Shown here one piece after another: positions 1 through 9,295 of a DNA stretch of 56,861 nt. Numbering within the stretch: position 1 is the first letter of the stretch; every line of letters starts with the position of its first letter. The DNA comes from Patescibacteria group bacterium UBA3466. GTDB lineage: Bacteria; Patescibacteriota; Minisyncoccia; Phycocordibacterales; UBA918. Where the stretch lies: NCBI GenBank assembly GCA_002378195.1, contig DFRJ01000002.1, positions 270,816 through 327,676 on the forward strand, written 5' to 3'. The notes under the pieces are model-generated. The model ran no database searches. It worked only from the letters and a program-made list of their open reading frames with translations, and was not told where the DNA came from. A program made the translations under genes and the position numbers.

Positions 1-780
1 CTTATCCTCTCCATTTACGTTCTCGGATTCTGTTAGAAAACCAGCATAGCCCTTAATAGCTGTAAGAGGTGCTCTAAACTCATGGGTAATCATATTGGAA
101 AACATGTCACGCTGATTGAGTTGTTGCTTAGTTTCTTCGAACTTCTTTGACCAATCAACCTGCTTATTTAGCCAGTATGCCAATGCAATTAAAAACAAAA
201 AGACTACCGTTAAGCCTGTGTACGATTCCATTTGCCTTTGAATCATTACTCTGTCTAGCTGACTAAAATTCTGCTCGGTAAAAATGTAGTATGTCTCAGC
301 CGGAGTCTGAACTTCGGTGGCTGCTTGCCAGATCCTTTGCTTGTCCGCCACAAACTCCGTCCTGAAGAAGTTATTCTGCTGAGTAAAGCCGACTTGAGAT
401 ATTAGCAAAGGAATCTTTTGCTCTTCACCTATCAGGGAGTTATCGGCAGCTGCCTGTACCCTGGAGGATGTGCCGCTAAGGGTGAGTACACGCACCACCT
501 GCAGGTCAGGATTAACAGCCACCAATGAATGAGACATTGCGCTTACCTGCTCGAGCGGAGTTCCTTGCTTAAGTAATTGCGCAAGTACGTCATGGACTGT
601 TGCTAGCCTACGTTCATTTGAAGTTCTGATATTATCCTGTGCGGTGTCAAAAAAGCTTTGTGTAACCAATACAAATACAAGCGGAAGGAGAAAGACCAAA
701 ATCGCAACCAGCAAAAGCTTGTTGTTCATTTTTAATCTTTTGGCACCTGCCTCCAGAATACTAATCAGATTTATTTTCAT
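1..780 (-). CDS. sensor histidine kinase, N-terminal ~260 codons (3' end lies beyond the window start)
   Basis: Not in the supplied track because it is open at the window edge. My minus-strand translation from ATG 778-780 reads MKINLISILEAGAKRLKMNNKLLLVAILVFLLPLVFVLV (TM1) ... GLTVVFLFLIALAYWL (TM2) ... MITHEFRAPLTAIKGYAGFLTE, which is a HisKA H-box. The ATG overlaps the TGA of the upstream ORF (ATGA at 777-780). An alternative ATG lies at 727-729. Confidence 0.8.
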   Translation of the reverse strand, partial: MKINLISILEAGAKRLKMNNKLLLVAILVFLLPLVFVLVTQSFFDTAQDNIRTSNERRLATVHDVLAQLLKQGTPLEQVSAMSHSLVAVNPDLQVVRVLTLSGTSSRVQAAADNSLIGEEQKIPLLISQVGFTQQNNFFRTEFVADKQRIWQAATEVQTPAETYYIFTEQNFSQLDRVMIQRQMESYTGLTVVFLFLIALAYWLNKQVDWSKKFEETKQQLNQRDMFSNMITHEFRAPLTAIKGYAGFLTESENVNGEDK

Positions 781-3344
781 GCACTAGTTTCAATTTGATT
801 ACTTTCTAGTGAAGCTGAACTTGAGCCTTCGGCCAGGTAATCAGAGCTTTTATGTCTCAGACCAACCCCTAGCATTAAAAGGATAATACCGAAGGATATA
901 ACTGAGATGCCTCCCACCATATTTAGAGCATTAATTGGAGACTCAATTTCTTCGTAAACAATTGCTTCGGTTGGTTGGTCTTCTGTGATTGGAGTGAAGG
1001 CTTCTGCGGTCTTAACGAAGCTAAAGGTATCACTTTGGGCAATAATTGATCCGGTGTTATCAGTAACAGCTACATACACATCGTGACTACCGTCTTCGAG
1101 CTCCTTGTCAAAAGTGAATTCAAAGAAGCCGTCTTCATCAGTTTTTACGGTTACCACAGTCGGGGAACTAAATATGTATAGGGTTACAAAGCTGTTAGGC
1201 AATGCTGTTCCTCTAAATGTTGGTCTTAGTTTCGGAATTGAATTGTCTGTATCCTTGGTGGTTACAGTGGACAGTTCTGTCACCTGAAGTACGTCGTCTC
1301 TGACTAAGCCGATGGTATCTTTAGGTGATTCAAACATAATAGAGGCTTCTGGCTTACTGTCATTAGGGTCAAAGCCACGCAGTATTTCGACGTTGTCATT
1401 AAAACCGTCTTGGTCAGAGTCTGCGCTGTGCGGATCAGTTTTGTATAAGTTTATTTCATCGAAATCACTAATGCCGTCCCGATCAGAGTCTTCTGATACA
1501 TTAGTTTCTGATTTCTCCTTTCTCAATGTCTCAAAATCTCGGACTTTCTGTTGCAGTTCTTCAACCCTTGTGTCTAGATCTTGGTTGATTCCATCAATCT
1601 CTGAGAGCAAAGTCGAATCTTTAAGGCTATCATTTAACATTTTCTGCTTGGCAGCACGTAGCTCGGCTTCAGCAAGATTTATAGTGGTTTCGTCGCCGCC
1701 CTGCACTGCCACTCCGTATGCCCTTAAGAGGTTATTGAGCTCTTCTGAATTCTTTTGAATAATTTTTCTGGTTTCAAAAATAGTTGTTGATTCTTTTGGC
1801 AATTCACTCTCGTCTGCAATGGACTTGTCATCAGCCAGAGGATCGGAAAACTCGCGTGGTTCGTATCCGACATTATCAACCAGCTTCTCCTGATCTTCTG
1901 TTTCTTGCTCATCTGTCTCTACCAGCTCTGTAATGCGCTCCTCTTTTTCAATTGAAATAATGATTTGATTTGACTTATACTCGATAGATGAGAGCTTTGA
2001 TCTCGCTTCTACTTCGTATTCTCCTGCCGGTAAGCTGGCCTTGCTGATTGCAAACTGCCATTTAGAGTCTCGTTTATATGCTAGTCCAACAAACTGTTCA
2101 CGTAAACCTGTCAGTGGACGAGCGTATAATTCTAAATACCTAAAATCTCCAGACACATCAACTGGGATGAGTATGGTTTGGTCGTCGGACAACTCGGAAA
2201 CTTTTTTGAGGTTAATACTTATTTCGGAAGATTCTTCAGTGACTGACTCTTTTGTGAGTTCAGGGAGACCGGCTGGTTCCACCGCTTCTTCAACTGACTT
2301 TTCTGCTTCGGTATCACGTGTCTCAGCCACATCTTCTGGGGTTTCGGGATGGTCAACTTCACTATCTACAATATCTTCTTTTTGCGAATCATGGTCAACA
2401 TCTTTTTCATCTGCTTCTATAGAAACTTCTTCATTATGCAAATCTGCATCGGCTTCGATGGTGATATCATGAGTCTCTTCAGTATCCTTCGTCTCTTCGC
2501 TAGTAGTCTGTGTCAGCTTATCTTCGAGTTCACGATGTCCCATGAAAAAGGCTGGAAATAAATCGTAGGATTTAATAATCCCAGCGTTTGTTTCAAGTCT
2601 AACTCGCAGCATATAGCTAGCTGGATCGTAGTTGGTGGGGTCAATATTAATCCGGTACTTGTCAGCTGTTCTATTGTCGACAGCTACCTCAAACATCTCA
2701 TCGGTTCCTAGTTTTTCTAGGAAAGCTTCGGCAAATTCTATCCCGGTTGCATAAAAGTCTACCCGCTCTTTTTCATATAAGTTATCCGGTAGTGATGTTA
2801 GCCACTCAAAAGCAAAGGGTTCTGTCTCGTGCACAAGAGCTTCAGTGATATCGTCTATTTCTTCAACATCATGAAGTTCTTGATGTTGAGTTGTCTCAGT
2901 GGCCATTGTTACAGCAGCTGTATTTTTACCGGCTAGCGATTGACGATCTGTATCCGAAAATACAGACGACGCGGTTATCACTGAACCAACCAGCATAAAG
3001 CAAAACGATGAGATGTAGGCAACCCTTACAACTGACATGTGTACATACTCATCAAGGTCACTCTTAATCTCTTCAACTTTCTCGATAGCTTTTGGGCTGA
3101 CATGTGACGGCAGTCTAACAGAGTGTATTTTTTCGGTCTTTTCGCCGGCCGTTTTTTGTTTTTTGGTAGACGTTGTCTTTGTAGTTTTTTTAGCTGATTT
3201 CTTAGCGGATGCCGAGGACTTTTTCGCTGAATTTGTTGCTGTAGACTTTTTTTTGGGTGCAGTTTTCTTGGCCACAGTCTTTTTTGAAACTGCTTTCTTG
3301 CTTACTGATTTTGGCTTAGTAGTGACTTTTCTCTTTTCTGCCAT
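777..3344 (-). CDS. two-TM membrane protein: Lys-rich histone-H1/AlgP-like N-terminal tail, acidic ectodomain, TSP3-like Ca-binding repeats, Ig-like domain
   Basis: 855-aa ORF. Residues 1-70 are AKK/SKK/TKK repeats. TM1 is VAYISSFCFMLVGSVITASSVF. DSDRDGISDFDE and DSDQDGFNDNVE are D-x-D-x-D-G loops. The beta-rich segment is VTVKTDEDGFFEFTF...VYVAVTDNTG. The C-terminal TM is GGISVISFGIILLMLGVGL. Confidence 0.75.
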   Translation of the reverse strand: MAEKRKVTTKPKSVSKKAVSKKTVAKKTAPKKKSTATNSAKKSSASAKKSAKKTTKTTSTKKQKTAGEKTEKIHSVRLPSHVSPKAIEKVEEIKSDLDEYVHMSVVRVAYISSFCFMLVGSVITASSVFSDTDRQSLAGKNTAAVTMATETTQHQELHDVEEIDDITEALVHETEPFAFEWLTSLPDNLYEKERVDFYATGIEFAEAFLEKLGTDEMFEVAVDNRTADKYRINIDPTNYDPASYMLRVRLETNAGIIKSYDLFPAFFMGHRELEDKLTQTTSEETKDTEETHDITIEADADLHNEEVSIEADEKDVDHDSQKEDIVDSEVDHPETPEDVAETRDTEAEKSVEEAVEPAGLPELTKESVTEESSEISINLKKVSELSDDQTILIPVDVSGDFRYLELYARPLTGLREQFVGLAYKRDSKWQFAISKASLPAGEYEVEARSKLSSIEYKSNQIIISIEKEERITELVETDEQETEDQEKLVDNVGYEPREFSDPLADDKSIADESELPKESTTIFETRKIIQKNSEELNNLLRAYGVAVQGGDETTINLAEAELRAAKQKMLNDSLKDSTLLSEIDGINQDLDTRVEELQQKVRDFETLRKEKSETNVSEDSDRDGISDFDEINLYKTDPHSADSDQDGFNDNVEILRGFDPNDSKPEASIMFESPKDTIGLVRDDVLQVTELSTVTTKDTDNSIPKLRPTFRGTALPNSFVTLYIFSSPTVVTVKTDEDGFFEFTFDKELEDGSHDVYVAVTDNTGSIIAQSDTFSFVKTAEAFTPITEDQPTEAIVYEEIESPINALNMVGGISVISFGIILLMLGVGLRHKSSDYLAEGSSSASLESNQIETSA

Positions 3345-3350
3345 ATGACT

Positions 3351-4160
3351 CTACTTACTTACCAAAGTTTGAATTTTTTCCATTAATTCTGATAAGTCTG
3401 TCATGGCTTTGACAAAGAAATCATTAGCTCCTAATTCCATGGCTCTATTGCGATTCTCTTCGCCATCCTTATTGGAAAATACCACTACTGGCACATCCTT
3501 TAGCTCGTCAATCTGTTTAACTTCTTCCAGGATTTCAAAGCCGCTCTTACCTGGTAGCATCAAATCTAGAATGATGACGTCTGGCTTAAACTGCTGGATA
3601 GCAGGAACGATTTCTCCTGACTCAGTACTAAACTCGTGAGGAAAAGATGATTTTTGTAGACGTATAGACAGCAGGTTTCGAAGCAGAGGGTCATCTTCAA
3701 CTACAAATACTCTCACTTCGGCCGTGCCACTCACCGCTTCACTTTCTGTTATATCAATAGCAATATCGTCTCCGAACACAGAATCTTCACTTAGTACGGC
3801 TTCTATCTTTCTAATAATTGAGTCTGGTTTTTCTTCGGCTGTTACATAATCAGCCGCACCGGCGTCCAGAGTTTCTTCAATCTGCGACACTGAATCATGA
3901 ACTAGGGACAGTACAGGCAAAGTTTTGTTGAGCTCTACAGATTTAGACAGTTCAAGAATTTGATCACAGACACTACCGTCATGAGAGTGATCTAAAATGA
4001 CTAAATCGATGGAATTGGTCTTAAGGTACTCGACATCGAGGTCGTTGCACCCAGCCTCAAACACTTTAAAAGAACGTGACTCTAACTCCTCTTTGAGGGT
4101 CGTAAAAAAACTCTCACCATCGTTCACGAATAGAATGCGCTTGTTTAAAAGTGCTGACAT
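3351..4160 (-). CDS. response regulator with two receiver domains and no output domain (N-terminal receiver degenerate)
   Basis: 269 aa. The second REC is canonical: VVEDD..., phospho-acceptor context VIILDLMLPGKSG, VVVFSN, FFVKA. The first REC keeps DLVILD but has ND in place of the acidic pair and lacks the conserved Lys. Confidence 0.85.
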   Translation of the reverse strand: MSALLNKRILFVNDGESFFTTLKEELESRSFKVFEAGCNDLDVEYLKTNSIDLVILDHSHDGSVCDQILELSKSVELNKTLPVLSLVHDSVSQIEETLDAGAADYVTAEEKPDSIIRKIEAVLSEDSVFGDDIAIDITESEAVSGTAEVRVFVVEDDPLLRNLLSIRLQKSSFPHEFSTESGEIVPAIQQFKPDVIILDLMLPGKSGFEILEEVKQIDELKDVPVVVFSNKDGEENRNRAMELGANDFFVKAMTDLSELMEKIQTLVSK

Positions 4161-4208
4161 TCTTTAATTTTAACACCATTTTAGTACCAGGTAATCACTA
4201 ACTCACAG

Positions 4209-6227
4209 TTATTTTAGTGACTCCAGGTAAGCAATCTCGTCTCGCAGTAAGGCAGCTGTTTCAAAGTCCAAGATGGAGACCGCTTCTTCCATTTGACGTC
4301 TTTTCTCCTTAATTACTTTCTTTGGATTCTTTTTGTAGAGATCAACATCTAGCTTAATCATTTTATCTACAGTTTCTTCATGCTCGGTTCGCATCTGGTC
4401 CGCAATAGATTTAATTTCCTTGCTGATTGTCTGAGGGGAAATGTTATGTTTCTTGTTATAGATCAGCTGCTTCTTTCTCCTGCGGTCAGTCTCTTTGATT
4501 GCGTAATCTAGGGCATCAGTCATTTCATCGGCATAAAGAATCACTCGTCCGTTTACGTTTCTAGCTGCCCGTCCGATGGTTTGGATTAAAGCTGTTTCAC
4601 TGCGTAGGAAGCCAGTTTTATCGGCATCGAGAATGGCCACTAATTCAACTTCGGGCAAATCTAATCCTTCACGCAGCAAGTTTACACCAACCAAACAATC
4701 AAACTTCCCTTTTCTGAAATCAGTGAGAATTTCAATTCGCTCTAGCGTATCGACATCACTATGGATGTATTTAGTCTTTAATTTCTTTTCTTCGAGAAAT
4801 TCTGAAAGATCTTCGGCCATACGTTTGGTAAGCGTGGTCACAAGCACTCTAGCACCGCCTCTAATAACCTTCTCAGCTTCAGCAATAAAGTCTTTAATTT
4901 GACCACCATAATCAGCTTTTTCAACAATAGGTTTGACTGTAATCTCAGGATCAACCAGTCCAGTTGGTCTAATTACCTGCTCGACTGGCTCTAAGCCTTG
5001 CTGCTTGAGTGCCGCTAGTTCGAACTTACCTGGTGTAGCTGTAGTATATATTTGTTGCCCAACCCTTTCCTGAAACTCCTCAAACCGGAGTGGCCTGTTA
5101 TCTACTGCGGACGGCAGTCTGAATCCGTACTCGACCAAATTATCCTTTCTTGACCTATCACCAGCATACATACCGTTCAGTTGCGGTATCGTAACGTGCG
5201 ACTCATCGATGATGGTTAGAAAATCTGGCGTTCCGTCTGCCTTGTGTGGGAAATACGAAAGTAGTGTGTACGGGGCTTCACCTGCTTTTCGTCTATCAAA
5301 GTGACGAGAATAGTTCTCGATACCGTTACAATAACCAACCTCCCTCATCAAAGCCAAATCATTTTGGGTGCGGCGCTTCAGGCGTTCTGCTTCAAGCAAT
5401 TTTCCTTCTTTCTTAAATTTTGCTAACTGCTCTTTCAGCTCCTTTTCAATATCGGTCACTGCTAATTGACGCTCATCCTCCGGTGTCACAAAGTGTTTAG
5501 CGGGAAATAGGTAAAATTCTTCCTCGTCAGCTATTATTTGCCGAGTCACCTCATCGATCTTGGTGATACTACTAATCTTGCCGGCAGCGAAACCTAGTCG
5601 ATAAACGACTCTTTCATTGGTCGGCATGATCTCCACAGTATTACCTACCGCCCTAAAAGTGGCTGGCGTCAGGTCAGCGGTGGTCCTTTCGAATTGCATA
5701 TCTACCAAGGTACGCAGCATGTCAGTTCTATTTGCAGCGTCACCAAGTGCAAAGTGTTTAAGTTTGCTCTTGTACTGCTTGGGTGATCCTAGACCATAAA
5801 TACATGACACTGAGGCTACAATTATCACATCCTCTCTAGTCAGAAGGGCCTGAGTACTGGCATGACGCAACCGATCAATCTCCTCGTTGATCTGAGCCTC
5901 TTTTTCAATATAGGTATCACTCGCTGACATGTAGGCTTCTGGCTGGTAGTAGTCATAGTATGAAACAAAATAATGCACGGCATTATTGGGAAAGAAGTCC
6001 CGATACTCTTGTGCCAGTTGAGCGGCTAGAGTTTTGTTGTGAGCAATCACCAGCGTTGGCTTTTGAATTTGCTGAATGACATTGGCCGCAGTGAAGGTCT
6101 TCCCTGATCCTGTTACACCTAAAAGAGTCTGGGCTCTTTGCCCATCCTTAACCCCGTCTACCAGGGCTTTGATTGCTGCAGGCTGGTCACCAGCCGGTGT
6201 CTTATCGGTGCTGATTTCGAATTTCAT
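4209..6227 (-). CDS. uvrB: excinuclease ABC subunit B
   Basis: 672 aa. It has Walker A GVTGSGKT, IIDESHVTIPQ (DExH box), helicase motif VGVNLLREGLDLPEV..QTIGRAARN, and a C-terminal UVR motif MEEAVSILDFETAALLRDEIAYLE. Confidence 0.97.
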   Translation of the reverse strand: MKFEISTDKTPAGDQPAAIKALVDGVKDGQRAQTLLGVTGSGKTFTAANVIQQIQKPTLVIAHNKTLAAQLAQEYRDFFPNNAVHYFVSYYDYYQPEAYMSASDTYIEKEAQINEEIDRLRHASTQALLTREDVIIVASVSCIYGLGSPKQYKSKLKHFALGDAANRTDMLRTLVDMQFERTTADLTPATFRAVGNTVEIMPTNERVVYRLGFAAGKISSITKIDEVTRQIIADEEEFYLFPAKHFVTPEDERQLAVTDIEKELKEQLAKFKKEGKLLEAERLKRRTQNDLALMREVGYCNGIENYSRHFDRRKAGEAPYTLLSYFPHKADGTPDFLTIIDESHVTIPQLNGMYAGDRSRKDNLVEYGFRLPSAVDNRPLRFEEFQERVGQQIYTTATPGKFELAALKQQGLEPVEQVIRPTGLVDPEITVKPIVEKADYGGQIKDFIAEAEKVIRGGARVLVTTLTKRMAEDLSEFLEEKKLKTKYIHSDVDTLERIEILTDFRKGKFDCLVGVNLLREGLDLPEVELVAILDADKTGFLRSETALIQTIGRAARNVNGRVILYADEMTDALDYAIKETDRRRKKQLIYNKKHNISPQTISKEIKSIADQMRTEHEETVDKMIKLDVDLYKKNPKKVIKEKRRQMEEAVSILDFETAALLRDEIAYLESLK

Positions 6228-6256
6228 GAACGTTTACTATAGCGTGCTAATGGAAT

Positions 6257-6290
6257 AAAAAAAAGCGCCTCAACATTGCATTGAAGCGCC
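6257..6290 (-). terminator. intrinsic terminator after the HD-hydrolase gene
   Basis: Minus strand: GCGCTTCAA-tgcaatg-TTGAGGCGC, a 9-bp stem with one G-U pair, followed by TTTTTTTT. It starts at the TAG stop (6290-6292). Confidence 0.85.
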
Positions 6291-6988
6291 TACTGATTGC
6301 GTGTATCGTGTCCGATCTCACTTACTTCGTTGTTATCTATATGCTCAGACAGTTTTTGCTGTGCAGTCGCGAGCAGTAACTCATCCACCAAAACATTTAC
6401 TCTGACCGCCAGAGGGAACACATGTCTTATGGTTTCAAGAATCTTACGATTCTTCTTTTCCGGACTCCCCCAAAGAGTCAGCATATTATGCAGGCGGTCA
6501 GCTATCTTTAGTATAATCGCTATTTCACCAGCTTCCTTAACCTTATCGAAGGTCAGGAGAGCGTGTATTTCTGATCCTTTCGGATGTCTGTTGGTATAAG
6601 GCGGCTTTGTAACTGCATTAACCAATCTCGCCACAATCTTACCAAAGAGTCGCTTTATTTTTTGTATAGACCATTCATCTGACTTATCCTCGGGAAGGTC
6701 ATGGAAGAATGCTGCTATAACTAGGTGATAATTAGGTTTTACAGCACCTTTATCAAACAGATAAAGCAGGATAGAGACGACTCCCAGAACATGTCGGAAA
6801 TACCTTTCTCCGGAGTCTCTAGTATCGTAACCATGACCATCTGAAGATTCATTGTAGGCCTTCTCCAGCAATGTCATCACTCTCTGATTGTCACCCCAGT
6901 ATTTACTAAGTGAACGCATTACTTCGCGCTTGGTGGTATTTTTGTCTATGTACTCCCAAACAACAAGGAGCATGCTAATGTCAGTCAT
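6290..6988 (-). CDS. stand-alone RelA/SpoT-type HD-domain protein (putative (p)ppGpp hydrolase, small alarmone hydrolase-like)
   Basis: 232 aa. It carries FRHVLGV, AAFFHDLPED (H-D-x-x-E-D) and ILKIADRLHNMLTL, which are signatures of the SpoT/Mesh1 hydrolase (HD_4) fold. No synthetase domain is present. Confidence 0.7.
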   Translation of the reverse strand: MTDISMLLVVWEYIDKNTTKREVMRSLSKYWGDNQRVMTLLEKAYNESSDGHGYDTRDSGERYFRHVLGVVSILLYLFDKGAVKPNYHLVIAAFFHDLPEDKSDEWSIQKIKRLFGKIVARLVNAVTKPPYTNRHPKGSEIHALLTFDKVKEAGEIAIILKIADRLHNMLTLWGSPEKKNRKILETIRHVFPLAVRVNVLVDELLLATAQQKLSEHIDNNEVSEIGHDTRNQ

Positions 6989-6992
6989 CGAG

Positions 6993-6999
6993 CACCTCC
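6993..6999 (-). promoter_or_regulatory. Shine-Dalgarno GGAGGTG, 4 nt upstream of the HD-hydrolase ATG
   Basis: Minus strand reads agcagaGGAGGTGctcgATG. It is one of the few strong SD sequences in the window. Confidence 0.6.
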
Positions 7000-7037
7000 T
7001 CTGCTGTATTGACTACTTTGATTTATACTTTAATAAA

Positions 7038-8237
7038 CTAATTTGTCAAGATACTTTCCCTAAGGACCTTGGTGAAATTTACTATGTAGTAAAGATTGTG
7101 AATTGACGCTAGATGTGGGCCGAGCATCTCACCCGATCGAAACAAATGAGCTAAATAAGCTTTTGTGTAGTTTTGACACACATAGCAGTCGCAGCTTTCG
7201 TCAGGTTTCGAAAAATCTCTTTGATACTTGGAATTCAAAAGGTTAGTACGTTTGTGACCCTCATTGGTGGTTTCGTAGATCGTACCGGTACGCGCAATTC
7301 TGGTTGGTGCCACGCAGTCAAACGTATCACAACCAAGTGCTACCCCCTCAGTAATATCTTCTGGCTCACCGATACCAAGCAGGTGACGGGGCTTATCTTC
7401 AGGTAAGACTTCATTTACCACTCTAAGAGCGTCGCCTAGATCCTCTTTAGAGAATGATCCGCCGATACCAAAGCCATCGAAATCCATGCCGCTTAGGACT
7501 TCAGCGCTTTGCTTACGCAGATCAAGGTGTCGACCACCCTGAACTACGCCATACAGCCCCTGTTTCTTTAGTGCCTCATAGTTTTGCTTATGAGCCAGAA
7601 TGCTTCGCTTGGCCCAGCGGTGAGTACGTTCCATTGCTTCTACCTGATATTCCTTATCGGCGGTCGGACTAGTACACTCATCGAAAGCGATTATAATGTC
7701 AGCACCAATATTGTGTTGAATATCAATAGAACGCTCAGCGGTAAAGCGGTGCATCGAGCCATCAAGATGAGAAGTGAAGGTTACACCCTCCTCATCAATC
7801 ACACAGAGCTTGCCGTGTTCCTCGGCAATCTTTTTTGAGTAAACATTCAAACCAGTCTTCTCATCGTTCTCAGCCACTTCCCCTTTAGCAAATTTGGTAA
7901 CACCCTTACCAAAAGCAGCACCCAAGGAAAAAACCTGAAACCCTCCGCTGTCGGTCATGGTTGGCATATCCCAGTTTGCGAACTTATGCAGACCGCCTGA
8001 TTCTTTCACAATATCATCACCCGGCTGTAAGAAGAGATGATAGGTATTAGCCAGGGCCACTTGATTACCGACATAGTCGCGCATATCTTCAGGCTTCAAA
8101 CTCTTTACTGTTCCTTTGGTACCAACCACCACAAAAGCGGGTGTCTCAATGTCACCATGGGGAGTATGAATGACACCAGCCCGGCCAAGAGTGCCGGGCT
8201 GACGCTTTATTATTTCAAAGGAAATTGGCTTATTCAT
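7038..8237 (-). CDS. tgt: tRNA-guanine transglycosylase (queuine tRNA-ribosyltransferase)
   Basis: 399 aa. Motifs include RAGVIHTPHGDIETPAFVVVGT, LANTYHL, TDSGGFQVFSL and GIGEPED, plus the zinc site CDCYVCQNYTKAYLAHL. Confidence 0.95.
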   Translation of the reverse strand: MNKPISFEIIKRQPGTLGRAGVIHTPHGDIETPAFVVVGTKGTVKSLKPEDMRDYVGNQVALANTYHLFLQPGDDIVKESGGLHKFANWDMPTMTDSGGFQVFSLGAAFGKGVTKFAKGEVAENDEKTGLNVYSKKIAEEHGKLCVIDEEGVTFTSHLDGSMHRFTAERSIDIQHNIGADIIIAFDECTSPTADKEYQVEAMERTHRWAKRSILAHKQNYEALKKQGLYGVVQGGRHLDLRKQSAEVLSGMDFDGFGIGGSFSKEDLGDALRVVNEVLPEDKPRHLLGIGEPEDITEGVALGCDTFDCVAPTRIARTGTIYETTNEGHKRTNLLNSKYQRDFSKPDESCDCYVCQNYTKAYLAHLFRSGEMLGPHLASIHNLYYIVNFTKVLRESILTN

Positions 8238-8281
8238 AGTTAAAGGGCAGATGTTGATCTGGCTACTCCTTTTTTGAACAC

Positions 8282-8827
8282 TTACTTTATATCAATCAAT
8301 TCAATTGAGAACACTAGAGTAGAGTTTGGCGGAATTGGTCCAATCCCATTCTCACCATAAGCCTTTTCAGGTGGCACCACTAGAACACGCCGGCCTCCTA
8401 CCTGCATTCCAACTAAACCTTCTTCCCATCCCTTAATCACCATTCCAGCACCAACTGTAAACTCAAAAGGTACACCACGCTTTCGGGAGCTATCAAACTC
8501 TGTACCGTCCTGAAATGTTCCATCATAGTGAACAGCAACTGTGTCGCCTTCTTTAACTGCTTTACCTGTCCCTACTTTAATATCGTCAATCACCATACGT
8601 TCAAAATTACCCTTATTATTAATTGCCTCTAAGTAAGCTTCGGCTCTAATGTCTTCACCGTTTGTTGCTTCTGTAACAATAGCTACATTAGGCTGGCTGC
8701 CAATGGCTTGTGCAGTACTCACCTCTGTTTGACCAAAGAATGTTGCATGAACTTGCACCAAATAGATAGCGAAAGCCATTATACCGATACTGATTCCTCC
8801 TCCCACTAATTCAAACTTGTTAAACAT
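8282..8827 (-). CDS. membrane-anchored FKBP-type peptidyl-prolyl cis-trans isomerase
   Basis: 181 aa. The N-terminal TM is [16 protein letters not shown]. The FKBP core is [18 protein letters not shown]...[38 protein letters not shown]. Confidence 0.9.
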   Translation of the reverse strand: MFNKFELVGGGISIGIMAFAIYLVQVHATFFGQTEVSTAQAIGSQPNVAIVTEATNGEDIRAEAYLEAINNKGNFERMVIDDIKVGTGKAVKEGDTVAVHYDGTFQDGTEFDSSRKRGVPFEFTVGAGMVIKGWEEGLVGMQVGGRRVLVVPPEKAYGENGIGPIPPNSTLVFSIELIDIK

Positions 8828-8869
8828 ATTTAGTCTGTGAATAATAGCCTTTTATAATTAAGATGCAAG

Positions 8870-9295
8870 CTACTGTATTTTTGCATAAACTGTCGGATGA
8901 AAAACACCCACCTCATGCAAATACATAACAAACAACATACCGCACACCGCCGCTGTTACTGAAATAACACAGATGGATACCACCTGTGCAGCACTAAATG
9001 ACCGTGAGCGCTTGGCCCTGTTCCGGTGTGGCAGATCATTAATATCTACATTTATACCTAGTAGACTAGATATTTCATCTGGCGCTAGAGGCTGGTCAGT
9101 CCTAAAAACTTTATGTAATCCCTGGACCTTGGTCTCGTGAGTCTCGGTATTCTCACGCAACACCATCAAGGCAGCATCAATTTCATTTTCCTGATAACTA
9201 GCGCTAAGAAGCACTGACCTAATTTGGTCGTCAGGAGAATCAGTCGGCACTCCGTTTACTTTTAAAATAGCTTCTACTTGTTCTTTTCTGATCAT
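8870..9295 (-). CDS. hypothetical tail-anchored membrane protein
   Basis: 141-aa ORF with a C-terminal TM (VVSICVISVTAAVCGMLFVMYL). It shares a 4-nt overlap with the upstream permease gene. I recognised no family. Confidence 0.6.
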   Translation of the reverse strand: MIRKEQVEAILKVNGVPTDSPDDQIRSVLLSASYQENEIDAALMVLRENTETHETKVQGLHKVFRTDQPLAPDEISSLLGINVDINDLPHRNRAKRSRSFSAAQVVSICVISVTAAVCGMLFVMYLHEVGVFHPTVYAKIQ

